Below are positions 35,151 through 49,682 of a stretch of 64,000 nucleotides of DNA, one piece after another. Source of the DNA: Lepidodermella squamata (Eukaryota > Animalia > Gastrotricha); assembly GCA_047495785.1 (NCBI GenBank), contig JBLDXI010000019.1, forward strand, positions 62,001-126,000, written 5' to 3'. Under the pieces are notes generated by a model. It had not been told where the DNA came from and made no database searches. It was given only the letters and a program-made list of their open reading frames with translations. Made by a program: the position numbers and the translations under genes. The number at the start of each line of letters is the position of its first letter. The first letter of the stretch is position 1.

Positions 35151-38100
35151 CTATCGATTCGATAATCTTGACGCGATTTCTGACCTCGGCATCTTCTTCA
35201 TCGCCATCGATTGTAATTCCCTCAACATCTTTTCCTGCTTCTTCAACACAAAGTTCTTCTTCCGAACGAGGAAGATGCAGCCGAGTATGACGAGGATCAG
35301 GACGAGGCAAGCGCTGCCTGAAACTACACCAACAATGATCGAGAACTCGTCCTTACTTACGCTATCGACAACTTCCATGTCGCATTTATCACCCACCCAT
35401 CCAGATTGACATCTTTAAAAAATGAATTGAGAAATGAAACCAAGTATTTAAAAAACTTACGCGCAGAAGGGATTTTCGCCGACGAGAACGCAAGTGCCCT
35501 TTTCACCGCACACAACAGCATTGCATTTAGAAACGCATTGACCTGGCTTGGAAATGAAACCAGACGGGCAAACGTCGCAAGTGGTTCCCGTGAAGCCGTT
35601 GACGCAGGAGCACAAGAAGCCGGTTTCGGTGAGCGTGCACTTGCCATCATTCTTGCAAGGTTTGTCATCACAAGCACTGACACACTTGCCGTTGACCAAG
35701 TCGTAGCCTGCGCGGCATCTTTCGCAGTTTTCACCTTCGAAATTGTCCCTACAGCGACATATTGGGCCAGAACCCGTCGGGGCGCAAGTACCACCGTTTT
35801 GACAAGGACTGTGGTCACATTGGGCTGTAAATTAGGGTTTCGAGAGGAGACAACAAACAGGATCACGATAAATACTTACACGTGCATTTGTCATTATCTT
35901 CGACGAAGAATTCGTTACAGATGCATTCGTAGTCATCAGAGCCAGCGGTACGGACACATTTCGAGTTCGGCTTAGATTTTTCGCACTCGCTTTGGCAGTT
36001 GTCGTCGCAGGTAGTAAGTGATTTCGGGTTCGTAATGAATCCCTTGCGACAATCGCATTTCGTAACGCCGTTGACCGCGTCGAACTTGCAGGTAGTCGAA
36101 TGCGCGTCGCACTTGTCATCGGTGTCACATGGGTCCTCAACGGCGGCTGATATAGAGGCGACATCAACACCCTTGACGCCTTCGATGGATAGGCCGGAGT
36201 CGAAATAGGACTTCTGCGCAGCTACAACATCTGCAGGGTTCAAGTCGCTGTCCGAATTGGCGACGTAATCGGCTTCAATAGGATCCTGAGCTCGGGCGTC
36301 CACGCTGCGTTTCACCAAGGAAGCCTTACCGTTCTTTAGCTTTCGGATAACGATCGATGTCACGCTAAGCTTCAAATCGGTAAGATACCAATCATATAAC
36401 TAAAGAAAATAGGATGATTTATGCAAATCTAGATTGATGAATGGTTTACATTCTTCTGAAGAACAGCGGTTACATCTTTGAATTCCTGTGAACTAGGATT
36501 GGCAAGTTCGCTCGACCAGCCGACTTCACAGTTTCCAACCAGGACGGCATCGAACTTGATCTTTGCAGCCACTTGTCTAGGCACCTTGACGCAAGTCTGG
36601 AAGTTGGTCGCGCTTTCTGGGCCGTAACCACTCTTGCAGCTACAAGCCCATGAGCCAGGGGTGTTCGTGCACTGGAAGGCCGAGCCGTACTTGAAACAGT
36701 CGTGGGTGCCAAGTAGGCACTCGTCAACATCGACGCAGACCGTGCTACTGCCTGGCTGCGGGTTGAAGCCTGGCTTACAGCGGCACTGGAACGAGCCATC
36801 AGTTGCGAGGTAGCAGTTTCCGTTTGTGCAGTATTCAGCTGGGCATATCTTCGGTCGGCAGACGCCGCTAGTTTCAGCAAAACCTGACGGGCACTGCGAA
36901 TGCACAGATGTAGTAACAATTGATGGAATGAGTGTAACCTACTTTCATTCTTATCGCGGACGAAAATCGGCCGAGATTTATAGTCAGGGGCACAGAATCC
37001 AGAAGCCTCGCAAACGCAGGTGAAAAGTGCTGGAGACCACACTGTGGAAACTTTGCCAACTGTTGCGATAAACTTGACGTAGGGTGCATCAGTCATATTG
37101 CGGACGTTATCGCGTAGTTCTATCGTAGCGGTAACGCCGAAATCGCCATTCTTCGGGTCGAAGGCGTACCAATCGCTGTTCAGATTTGTCTCGAGATCAA
37201 AGGTCAAGCCCTCTACATTTTCATCCGCCATCTTCACGTCAATCTTGAACTGGCGGCCAAAGTCGGTTAGCTGCCATTCGAACGAGCGTTCGATGTTATC
37301 GATGACAGGGCGCTTCAGCACAGCAAACGTTTGAGCGGTCAATAGCTTCTCGCCGAAATCACGAGTGGCACCAGCAATCTTCTTGCTTTGAGTAACAGCG
37401 TAGTCGAACTGGCACGCCTTGTCTGTGCCGCAAACTTCAGCAATGTCATTTGGTGCGTTCGGCAAGTTGTCGTTGAAGAATGGCTCATAGTCGTCGTCAC
37501 TGTTGATCGCCTCAAATTGCGGGCCAGATTTGTACGAGAACAGAGACTGATCGCTGGTCTTCAATTTGACTAAAAATTTCGAGAAAATTGCTTTAAAAGA
37601 GCGCATGTTCAACTATACTAACATTGCTGGGCGAATTTGTAGGCCGACGTGTCATTGGTCCAAATATCTACTGACTCAGCAGCGTCGCCTTCGCAGTCGA
37701 CATGTGGCTCGGCGTCAATGTTGAACGACGTCATCAGACCGCAAGTGTCATTGTTCGATTGTTCGGCCATGTTACGGGGCACTGAGACACGCATGTTGAA
37801 GTAAGAGCCGTCGATGTGATAGATGTGGAAAGCAAGGCCGTTGCTGGTTACGATGCCAATGAAGTTCTCTTCGGACCAGACATCGTAAGAAGAACCGTCG
37901 ACTACATCGTGTAGGAATGGCAGATTGATGCTCGGGAGGTCGACGAAATTGCCGTTCTTGTACACCAAGATATTGCTGCCCTCTCTGAAACAAGTTTGAA
38001 TGTGTAAATAAAGTATAGGTTATTTAAAGGAAAATCACTGACTGCAAAACTTCGAGCTTGTCGCCATTTTGGCCGATTTGAATAGCAACACCAGTCAAGA

Positions 38101-41100
38101 AAGTGGCTTTCGCATAATTCTCACGGAAGGCGAAGCGTCCCTGAGCATTGATGTCACTGATATTTGGAGTAAATAGTCGATCTGAAAGAGCGTTTTAATT
38201 ACGTACCCAAGGTCAGGATCGGATTTCAGCGTTTTAAGCAGAGTGTACTCGCCTCGGCCGTTGAATGTGATCTGACGGTTGATCTTGTCGCCACGGTGGT
38301 AAGGCATACCAATGTGAGGATCACCGCGGATGAACGCGATAATCGGCTGGTCGTAGTATTCGGGCGAAATGAATTCGGCCTTGTTTCGCAGTTGATATTC
38401 CTCACAGTAGGGCGAGTAGCGACAGCATGGGTCGAAGAGGGCCTCCTGCTGCGCACGGAACTCCTTCATCTGGAACCAGGAGCCGACGTGACCTCGGCGC
38501 CAGCCAAGAAACGATCCAGTTTTCCTGAGTCAGTTTTACAAGAATGATCTTAAAATGTATATGAATAACTGCCTACATGTCGTAGCAACAGAACGATCGG
38601 ACTTGATATTCTTTGTTCGTCTTCACGTCCTTGACTTTGTTCCAGAAGCTGCCGCCGTAGCACATGGCTTCGCCCAGTTGGATCTCACGCTGCCAGCGGG
38701 CGTCCAGGTTCATTTGAGTCTCAAAAGCCGGGCAAGCTGAGTGTCGAGTAAGGCCACTCTCGGCATTGTCAATGTTATTAATGATGGATTGCAACTCGAG
38801 AGGGTATTTTGTCGCATCAGAGATACATTTACGGTTTTCAACAAAATTCAAAGGCTCGCCAAATGCAGTAACAAGACGACCGCGAAGTTCTGAAAAAAAC
38901 GAATTTCATTATTTCTATTTGATCAAGCCAAAAAATCTAGTTAGCTATGAACGATAATCCAACCCTAATTTCAAAACTTGAAAAAACGATTTCCAACAAG
39001 GTTAGAACTGCTGAGCTGTTACTTCACTTACGAGGATTCGGCCGGTTGAAGACTTCCTGGAAATTTGATGGGTCGTTATTAATTGGCAGAGGTTCGAATC
39101 GAATTTCCTCGCTACCAATGGTATATCCAATACGAGGCTGAAGTTCAGGCGATTGTGCGAAGGTCGGGAACTGATTGTCACTAGGATTCTCCAAGTAATT
39201 GAAAATAGCAAAGGAGAAAGCAGAGTTGGCGCCCATCACCAGCTGGAAGGTGACTTGTTTATCGTTGAAAAGTGAGGCTGGAGCTGGGACGACCTTGACC
39301 CAAGTCAGGATCAAGACCGAAAGTGGAACACGATCATTAGGGTCCAGGCCTGGGTTGTCGGCCATTGGATACTGAAGTCTCAGTTGTTCCTTGATCATTG
39401 GGAAGATGGGCTCCCATTTCTTCAAGGTATCTGCGTCATTGTCGTCCAGCGAGTCGTAAGTATCAATCCACAATCCAGAGTCTGGATCAGTGCTAACGTC
39501 AAGATCTGTCCAGAAGGGAGCCACCACGTGGGTGCTCACCTTCAGACCGAAATACTTGAACGGTGTAGGGTGGTCAAGACCGACGAAGCCGTCGAAGCCA
39601 GGCTGTTTTACAAGAAAAGTAAACTAAAAAAAGTAACACAAGCTTTTCGGCACTTACGTAAGCGTAGTGAAGGATAGCGCCACCGTTTTCGCGGCCACCC
39701 CAGTAAGAGAAGCCACCGCGGATAGGAAGGCCGGGATGAACATAGTCGCCATCCTTGATAAGCACCTGATCGGCGCCACCAAGCTTGTACGGGTAGAGCA
39801 TTTTGCTGCGTTTGGCATAGCAAATCTTGCTGGAACCGTCAGCATCGTCGTAGTCACCACCGCACACGCACTTGTACCCGCCTGGGACGTTGACGCACTC
39901 GGCAACATCAGGGCAGTTATAGGTGTTTCCTATGCACTCGTCAATATCTGTTTTCGAGATCAATATTTAAACAGTTTTCATTCGTTGAAAGCTTTACCGT
40001 CGCAAGTCTTGCCAGTAGCGTTCCAACGATAGCCGGCATCACACAAGCATTCGTAGGTCCTATCGTAGTTCTTGCAGCCGTAAGCATTGAGGACATCAGA
40101 GCAAGACTTAGCGAGCTCGCAGTTCGCTGTTAAAAAATTATTAATATTTTGGCTCGAATTTTTAAAAGCGAATCGCTTACATTGACATTTCTTGCCATCA
40201 CCCTGGAATCCAGGCTTGCAAGTGCACTGGAACTGGGTCGAGCTAATAGGAGCGCAGTTAGCATTAGGATCGCAGCTGTCAGGTTTGCAGACTGGCGGAG
40301 CAGCTGTAAAATTCAAGTTTTATACCACAAATTATAGATTGAAACTGTTTAGACAACTTACGGACGCATTTGCCAGTATCAGCGCTGGGAATAGTTCCGG
40401 TAGCACAGATGCACTTGGGCACGGCGGCTGGGTCCACTGGGTCGCGTTGACATTGCGAGTTCGGGTCCTTGACCGTGCACTGTTTGCCGCAAACGTCAGC
40501 GCAAGTGTAGCGACCGGTGTTCGGATCGCGACGAGTTTCGTAGCCAAGTTCAATGTTACATGTGCACTGCGCACCTGCGCCCAATCGGCCGCTCTGCGAG
40601 CACGTGCTGATCTTGGCAATGTCACGGCACGGGCTGAAGTCAGTGCCGCAAATGTCCTTGAAAGTCGGGCTCGTCATCGAGTCTTGGATATGAACCATAA
40701 CACCGACGCTGTTTACTTGGCTGTAGTAGAGGCGAAGAGCTGACTCAAACGCAGAGATCTGCAGTGCCTTGTTGGCGTGAGCCTCGAATTCGACGAAGAA
40801 TCCGTTGTTCTTTTGGGCTTCACGAACAGTTCGAATGTATATGCCAACAACATCGCTTTTGATTATCGTCAGAGCGTTTTGTAGCTGGACAACAAATCGA
40901 ACAATTTTAGACTAATAAACTCAAGTTTTCGCATACATCTGCCATAACGGCTCGGGCGAATTTCTGATAAGTGACAGATTCTTTCTTAGCAAGGTCGCTG
41001 AAATAGCTGACGAGTTCACCGTCTGGCTTGTAGAATTTATCGAAAGACAGGCTGCTGACGTAAGTGTAGCGGACTACATTTCAAGATTAGTAATTAGAAT

Positions 41101-44100
41101 TAGGAATAAGTTAACAACAATGTAGCACAAACTTTGTTCGCAAGATTCGAGTTCGAGAAGAGTTGAGTCCTTCTTGAAGCGAGGGGTGTAACCAGGCGCG
41201 CAGCTGCATACGTACTGACCCAGCGGAGCCGAAGTGCAGACTTTGCCGTCGCCAATGCATGGATTGTTAGTCAAGCAGCGGTTTTCGTCTATATTGTCGA
41301 AATAAATCAAAGCCTTTCAAAAATCGATATAAAATTTAGCCTTACATCTACAGGTCTTGTCAGCAAGCTGAGTGGAGCCAGGCGGGCACACGCATGTTGC
41401 GAAACCGTTGACGTTCGCGCACACGTAATTGGTACCGCACTTGTAGTCATTACAGGGATCATTGATCAGGCAATGGAAGCCATCACCCTTGGTGCCGAAC
41501 GGGCAGTTCACACAAGAGAATGCCTCCCTGGTGAAGCCAGAACTCTTGGTCTTGTAGCAGGCAACGCCCGGGTAGCAAGGTCCAGTTGTACAAGCATTGT
41601 ACTCTTCATCGCAGAACTTGCCCGTTTGGGACGGGAAGCAAGTACAGCGAGCGACGGAGTAGCGTTGGACTGAAAGTAAATGAGGTTTTATATCGGGACG
41701 TAACATAATTTTGCTATTCATAAAGCGTTATTCCTATGATGCTTAAAGTTCTTACAGTTATCAGTTGGAATGACGCCGAGGTTGGCGGCATCGCGGTCAT
41801 CGGAAAAGTCGCAAGAACGTTCGTCCCGGCAGTTGCAAATGCGAATGGCGACCGGTGAGAAAACTGCTGCTCCGGACTCGCCGCGTTTAGCGACGATGTA
41901 GAAGGAGAATGGACCCTTGTACAATAAGGTATCCTTAGCCTCCTGAGTCAGTACGACAATGATTTTGCCATTTCGCGGGTCGATGTTGTAAAGGCGAGAT
42001 GGGAAGTCGGTGTCAAGAGAGAATTGGAGGTCTGGGGTCAGTCCGTCAACCCTTGGCGTGAATGTGATGAAACCCGAGGCAGCCTGAATGTTGATGAGCC
42101 AAATAAACGGATTGTTGACGAAACGCGGCGGTCGTTCCACTGCAAAAAATCATGATGTTACAGAATAAAAGCTATAACTAAAAGATGGATATCTCACTTT
42201 CTTGTTTGCGTCGCTCCTGAACGAGCTGAGACTCGCGAAGAGTGTACTCGGCAAGTTTCTCGTCCTTGGTGATTTCGAAATCGTAAGCACAAGCGATGTT
42301 ACCTTTACACAATTGCATGCTATCGACGATGGAGGGTTTGCCACTTTCGTAGAAGGTCTTTGGCACAAAGTCATACTCAGTGTCAGCGACTGGAGCTTTG
42401 AACAGGGAATCTGCTCTTGCGGCCTTGACAGACCACATTTTTCCGAAGTTTTCAAAGTAATCCTTGTCGCCGACCAGGGTAAGACCGTTGTCTTTGTACT
42501 CTTTCGGAGTGTATTTGGTCTTCCCATCAGGCAGTGTGTAGCCAGCCAGTAAGCCGGTGCTATCTTTAAGGTGGTTGCGAGGCAGGCGAATGCGAAGATG
42601 CAAATATGGCGCGCTTGTTGCCGTCTTGACAAACAAAACCTCGAAACGTAGACCGTCAACGTAAGTCACCATGACTGATCTTACAACATCGCTTTCGACG
42701 GTTGAGAAAATCTCACCAGTCTTGTCGAAGTCTCCCTTTTGCAAGAAATCGTCGTTCTTGAGGTCGAGTACCTTATCCGCTCTAGTCATCGACAACTTGC
42801 CGTCGCTGTCGAGCTCAACGATAATCCGATCGTACGAGCCAACTTTCCAGGCGACGCTTGAAAGAGCTGAGCCGTCATCGCCAGTGCCAACGAAGCGGCC
42901 TTGGAGCGAGATTTTCTCGGATTTGAACAGGACGTAGTCGCCACGGCCCTTGAATGTAACTGCAGCGCCTTCAAAGTTGATCATATGCGGGTCACCGAAA
43001 ACGCCAGCAGAAACCGGAGCCTGGTAACCGTCGACGTAAGACGACGGAACGATGTAGTTAGCAAGTATGCAGTGAGATGATTTTACGCAACACGCATCGA
43101 GAGTCTCCCTTTGCAACTGGTCAAACTCTTCGACGATCATGTGCGAGGTTCCCGAGGCTTGCAGCAGCAGAGCTTCGTCGCGGTAGCAGCAGTACGGTCG
43201 AATGTTGGCGGTCTTCTTATTGCTATTTCCATCAGAGTATTCAAGCGGGGATGTAAAGCGTTTGACGTAGCAGCGACGTCCGATCGGATCAAATAGAGGC
43301 TGGAAACGGTCATCGAGACGCACCTGAGCTTCCGTCCACGGGCACGGATCGACGCCACCACGGCTGAGAGCAATGTGGATGTAGTTGAGCTCGATCATTT
43401 CTTTACTGTCTTCTTTATTAGCCAAGGTGTCGAAGCAGTGGCGGTCATTCTCGGTTGAAACCTTTTTACTATTTGCGACGAGGTATACATGGCGACCAGG
43501 AGGGACTGCAATTTAAAGAAATTTAATGACAAAGGGTAAACCGCACTACAACTGGTGACTTACGGGCAACACGGCCTTTGTAGGCTAGCAATTGGCTCGG
43601 AACGAAAGCACGACAATCAGTGTTAGTTTCGCCGATGCTGACGCGGTTTAAGCAGAATCTGCGAGTTCCAGCCTGGAATCCGACGAAACCACGATGTGGG
43701 TAGCGCAATTGAGTGTTGTCCCAGCTCTGGTCATCCCAGCTAGGTACAGAAGTTGATGAAGGGTCGTAATTGACCATTATAACCGTCGCAGTGCCGTCCG
43801 AAGCAAGAACCATTTGCATGGTCACGTGATCAAGGGTGTTGAAGGGTTTCAGCTTCAAATCATTCCACGTAATGATAAGAATTGTATTCGGGTTGAAGTT
43901 CTGAGAATCGACTGAATCAAAGCCGGCAAAGTTGTACGGCGGGTAGGTGGCCTGGGCAACATGAACCGACTTGCGAATCTGCTCGATAACAATCTGCCAC
44001 TTCTCACTCATTGGCACTGAAGTAGTCGAGTCGTAGAATTGAAGCTTCAGGTTGCGAGTATCGAACACGAAATCAGCCCATAGAGGCGCAGCGATGTAGC

Positions 44101-47100
44101 CGTAAGTGTTCGGGAAAAAGCTGCGGAATTCTGTGACTGTCATGTTCTTACCGAAGGTAACAACACCATTCGGGGCCACGAAGATCTTAAACTGCTTCGT
44201 ATCGAAAAATGGGAACCCGACTGGGATGCCAATTTTGTAGTGACCTAGCCGCTCTTCGAGGTTGATCACGTCAGAGATTGGTTCGTTATCGCCACGGCAT
44301 AACAGAACGTCGGGAACACAGATATCGGGCTGCGGCTTAAGTGCTTCCACGTAACCATCAGCGCACTTGCATTGACGGGTGCCATCATTGTTGTCGATGC
44401 ACTCGGCATTGTCACCACACGGCTTTCCAGCGCAAGCATCGATCTCTGTGAAAATCATTTTATAGGGTTGTTAATCTTTAGCAATCAATAGCCTTACTTT
44501 CGCAAACGATGGCTGAGTTCAAAACGTAGCCCTTCTTGCAAAGGCATAGAGGGCCAATCTGAGCGAGGTCGCGACAGCTATGGGAGCTTGTTTTATCGCA
44601 AGATCGGGCATAACAGTAGCTTGAGCATGAGGTCTCTGTGTTGAGGACGAAACCAGCGTTGCAGCGGCACTGTTTGCTATTGTCGCCATTCTGACAAGTA
44701 GCGAAGTATGAATCACAGCCGCCAGCCGCGCAGAAGTCCGTGACTTTCAACACTGAAACGTTTCATCAAGCTATAAGATTTAGTTATCAGGGATATATTT
44801 TGAAACTAACGGCTCAATGTCGTTTTGGTGGAGTCGATTCCTTTCAATCCTGCAGCTTCGCCGTTACGAGAATCGATGTAAGTCTTCATACGAGCCGCCA
44901 AGCTGTCAACGTTGTATTCGCGGTCCGGATAGACCTTGAAAGAAACCTTGACCAAATCGCCAGCTTTCTCGAACTTATAGATGTAGGTATACAAATCCAA
45001 GCGAGTAGGTTCGAACAACTTGACGAGGTCCTCAAGCTGCAAGATTCATCGTTCATTACAGATTCATTTTTTTCGAAATAAATTACCCGGGGCTCCATAA
45101 GTCTGGCAGTCTTCGGGAAAGCCTCAGAGTCAGGCCGGGCAAGGTCGCTGATCCAACCTATCCACTGCTTTGTCTGAGGATCCCAGAACTGGCTATATGT
45201 CAGCGAAAGCATGTAAGTTAGATCGGCTGGGGTGCAGCCCAAACGCTGGGTCAAACCAAGGTTTGGCTTGAAACCAGCTTCGCTGTACAAAAATAAGTAA
45301 GAAAAGCCGTTTATTTCGCGTCAATGTGTTACCATTCACAGTAGTAACCGCCAAGAGTGTTATGGCACAATGCCTTTGGATCCGGGCACGAATTTGGTAA
45401 GTCGCATTCGTTCTGATCGATACATTTCTTTCCGTCCCTGGCGAGAACATAGCCAGGGTTACAGGTGCAGGTCGCTCCTACGACAGCGTCAAAAACGCAG
45501 TTCTGTTCGCAACCGTTGTCCTTAGGGCAGTCGTTCAGCTTGCAAATATGGCCATTGCCAGTGAAGCCTGATTTGCACTTGCATATGTAGCCACTGGGTT
45601 CATCTTTATTCACCGTGCACTCGCCATTTTCTCCGCAAGGATTGTTCGAGCAGACATTGATATCGCCCTGACAGAAGCGATTTTTAGCATTAGCTGGGCA
45701 GTGGCATGGCAACAGGTAATAATGATCGATACTTGATTTGCGGTACAGTGATGTATGGTTGTTCGGGAAGTCGTAGCCACACTGCTCTTCTCTGTCACAA
45801 GCGCAAACGTAGATGACAGGAGAGTACAAGCTTCGGGCTGAAATTCCTTCTGAAAAAAATCACAGATGTAATCAGGTCTTCGAGGCTAGCAGAAAATATT
45901 TACCGGTATTCTTGTAGGAATACAAGTCGATGAAGTAGCTGTTGAATCGCCAGGTGTCCGGTGCTCTTGTTGTATCAATGTAGAAATCGCCGGTTTTCGT
46001 ATTAAGCGTGTACATCGTGTCTGGGATATCAGTTATCAACCCGTAGCCATCAGGCGTAATCTTCTTTGGATCGGCATCTGCCGGAAGGTGGATATTGGCC
46101 TCGTCATATTGTACGTAATCTGACAAAGAGCCGGAGAAAGACTTGTGTACGCTGAGGTACAGATCGTGGGGCGCATTCCACTGGGGTGTTCGAGCGGCAA
46201 AAGCACGGCGTTCGTTCGATATGATCTGGCCGCATTCGTAAGTATCAGCCGAAATTGTGTTGCTGCCAGTCAACAGTTGGTCGTATTGGCAAGCGGCATC
46301 GCCCTTGCAGTCGCAAAACTTGTCCATATTTTCAACATTGCTGGAAGTTATGTATATTTCAAAGAATCGAATTTCATAGGGATGAATATCTTACATAGCC
46401 TTTGATAATTCTTGCCACAGAGCTGGAACAAACTTTTCCCAGTCAGCATTCAGCGTATCCCAGGTTTCGCCATCCGAAGTTGGGAACGTGAAAATCGAAT
46501 CATCTTTGGACTTGATACGATAAGACTCGGCGAACTTCTTAACTTCCTCAGGGCTAGTAGGATTCGCTTCGACGTTAACTACTTCCCGCTTAGACTTCCA
46601 GTCCTCCTCTGGATCAGGCTGATCGACAATGTAGGTAAGCTTACCGTCGCCGTCGCCAATAAGTCCTTCAGGGCTATTCACTTGAATGCTTGCTCCTGGC
46701 AGGGCAACACTGAGACGTAGCAGAACTTCGTCGACTAGTCTCACCTGGAACGTGTACATAATTGTCTCCAATTTGCAGGCGATGTCGCAGAAGTTCAAGT
46801 TGCAACCAACGACGAACGTTGTGCTGTTCTCGGCGAAATATGGCTCGATGGTTTGCACCGCGCCATCGATTAGTAGCTCGATTTTTTTAGCCCTAGTGAT
46901 GCGAACCTCAGCAGTACGATCCTCATAGTCAAACCATGAGTCAACATCTTTAGGCAAATTGCAACGCACGGCAATGGCTGTGATGAAACTTGTCTTCTGT
47001 CCCTCGAAAACGTGCTCGGTCATGCGTATTTGAACGTCCAGTCTGATCGACATTTCACTTCAATCAAAGTTAGCTCAACTTGCTAAGAACTTACGGATTG

Positions 47101-48970
47101 CTTCTCAGCCTCATGTACTGGAACTCGCCAATTCCGTTGAAGCTGTACTCGGTTGCGCCCAGCGTTTTGAAGTGACCCGCGCCTCTCGTGTAGGATTTGG
47201 GCGGTGGTGGATAGCGGTGGCATGAAACAGGCTTGTAGATGTCCTGGAAAACTTCGCACAGATCGGCGAAGGCACAGCACGACGTCTTAAGGCGATAGAA
47301 GTCAGCCTCGTAACCTTTAGGAACGATACCACCTGCGCCTGGTCCAGCAGTAACTAACGCGCCCGCCCTGAACAAAAAACAGCAATAAACAGGATCTTAT
47401 ATGAACTTTCGTTTTTCACTCACTTATCGTAGCAGCAATAGGCACGAGCCATATAACTCTTGTCTTTCCTCTCAACCCAGTTCGAAAACCTAGAAATGTG
47501 GCAAGAGCTGATGTGGTCAGGTTGAAATTCAAAGTTGGCTGGCAGGTAGTGCGTGTCAGCGTAGGCTTGTTGTTCGATGCAGGGGCAAACAAGGTCCGGA
47601 TCTTTCGAGTTACCTTCCTCGTCCACGGAAACGACACCGAAGTCGCCATGCTCGGCAAACTGCTTAGCAGCTTCCTTCATGCACACGGGATTGGAGTCAC
47701 TGCTAAACGGTGGGCCGAAAACCTTATAAATACGGCCACGCTGTGTCAGGAAAGACATCTTTGCGCAAACATTATCTATGTAAAATGGATCTTGGAAAAG
47801 CTGATTGACATAGTCGATGGGTTGGCGAGTTGCCGAATTTTCACCGGCAAAACCGATGTAGACGTTTTCTAGTGGGAGGGTCCATTCAGTCCATTTCGGA
47901 TCTTCAGCGTAAGACATGAAGCCGAACGAACTAGCTCCATCAGTCACAAGAACGGCTTGGAATGTGATACGTGACTTGTCTTCAGGTTGGAAGGTACCCG
48001 GGGCCTGGACATCAACCCAAGTTGCGATGATTAGTTGAGTTGGATTGAAATCAGGAATGTTTATTTCATCAACCCATCCGTAGAATTTTGGAGTTTGCTT
48101 TCTCATTTCACTGAAAGTTTTCACGTCTTCAGATCCCGTATTTCCGTAGTAACTGATATGGTCAATGAACAAGCCAGAACCAGACTTTTTAGTCGGCTCA
48201 AGATCAGTCCAGAACGGCGCGACGAACTTGATGAAACGATGAGTTGGGAAGGCGTCTCCACCTAAGAAAGGCGCGGCACGAGTTTCGAAAGTTATCAGCC
48301 CATCAAAATGAATGAAGATGTCAAAGAAGAGATCGCCGAAGTATGGGAAACCTCCAGGCACTTTAACGTGAAGAATGTCATCGCCTTTGTCAGAGAACTG
48401 GGCGTCCGAGATGTTGTACTGAATGATCGAGTCTGGGTAACAGGTTTTGCCGTCTCCTAAATAGCCGAAGCCATCGATTCCGGGGAAGTCTTCAGTGCTA
48501 TAGCAACACTGGCAGGAGTAGCTGCCGACTTTGTTCGTGCATGAGGCATACGGGCTGCAGACCCGCTCTTTACATTCGTCTTTGTCGACGCACAGCCCAA
48601 CCTCACTCCATTGATAGCCTTCGGCGCAGGCACATCTGTAGGGATCTTCCATCGATGGCTTGTCCATGCAGGCAACCGCGTTCTCCGAGCATGTCGTATT
48701 TCCAGTGGTGCAGTAGCTTATGCAGTCTTTGCCGTCGCCGGAAAAGCCGCCGTTGCACTTACACTGAACAACGCTGAGATCGCACTGACCGAAATCTGAA
48801 CAGCCTTGGTTCGGCTTGCCAGGGTCGCATATCACTACAGAAACGAATCAAAGCATTTTTCTATACTTAGATTATAAAACTGGAGGTTTACAGTCTTGCG
48901 CCCGAATCGCCGTAAACATGCAGGCTGACAGCAGGAGACAAATGCTACTGCTGCGCGTCAGCCGCTTCAT
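35151..48970 (-). CDS. Giant single-pass MUC4/SUSD2-like protein, roughly 28 short introns: signal peptide, three [EGF-NIDO-AMOP-vWD-EGF-SEA] blocks, EGF repeats, TM, short basic tail
   Basis: MKRLTRSSSICLLLSACMFTAIRA; APFWTDL / APLWADF NIDO motifs; CCY AMOP motifs; GDPH; cbEGF DxDEC; WSSELANPSSQEF SEA; TM IIVGVVSGSACLVLILVILGCIFLV. Confidence 0.9.
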
Positions 48971-49411
48971 CAATAATATGTCTCTTAAAATCTATCCTAA
49001 GAAAGTTATTCATGAAGTTGGTTGACTCTATTCGAAGTTCGAAGAAGCTCTCGGATTTAGCAAATCAATTCCCTCTGTTCGAAGTAATTTTGACTTATCG
49101 GGAATTGTCACCAAGCATAAAAAATGTAAATAGCACTGCACTACTGTTTTTTATCTCTCTAATGAGTTGAATTTCTCAAGACGATCGCTTATCTCTCTGG
49201 CGCTGATAGTGCTTTGTTCATAGCAGGCATGGTACCGCCAAGTACCAACCCTGTGACATTTGGAAGCAAACAACACCTATTTTTAATTGCCACCAAATTG
49301 TCGCAGCAGCAACCCGTTCCATGCATCTCTGATGCGTTTTATGAAAGATAATTTATTACAATCTGTCGTACAGGGTACAGGGCATGGATATTACTTCGAA
49401 ATAATCGATCA

Positions 49412-49458
49412 TTCCTGTTGGTCTGGTGGTTGGGATTCCGCGTTCTCACCGCGGCGGC
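49412..49458 (+). pseudogene. 5' fragment of tRNA-Glu(CTC)
   Basis: TTCCTGTTGGTCTGGTGGTTGGGATTCCGCGTTCTCACCGCGGCGGC resembles the tRNA-Glu 5' two-thirds; T-arm and 3' acceptor strand absent. Confidence 0.75.
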
Positions 49459-49531
49459 TATTATGATCCCTACTTCTCTAGACGTTGTAGTGGATCCCAA
49501 AGTTACTGTGAATCTATGAATTTTCCTCTCA

Positions 49532-49603
49532 GGCTCAGTAGCTTAGTGGTAGAGCGTCTGTCTCGTAAACAGAAGATCGCGGGTTCAATTCCCGCCTGGG
49601 CCT
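49532..49603 (+). tRNA. tRNA-Thr(CGT), cassette 2
   Basis: Same sequence as 25402-25473. Confidence 0.96.
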
Positions 49604-49682
49604 AGTCTCTCTTTTATACTCCCTACTAGAAATATCAAGAGTGAAACAAGCAGACTTGATCATGTTTACTGAAGCTTCTAAC

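Noticed and set aside
35406-48799. Many plus-strand ORFs opposite the giant gene
   Set aside because: Antisense shadows with no recognisable domains
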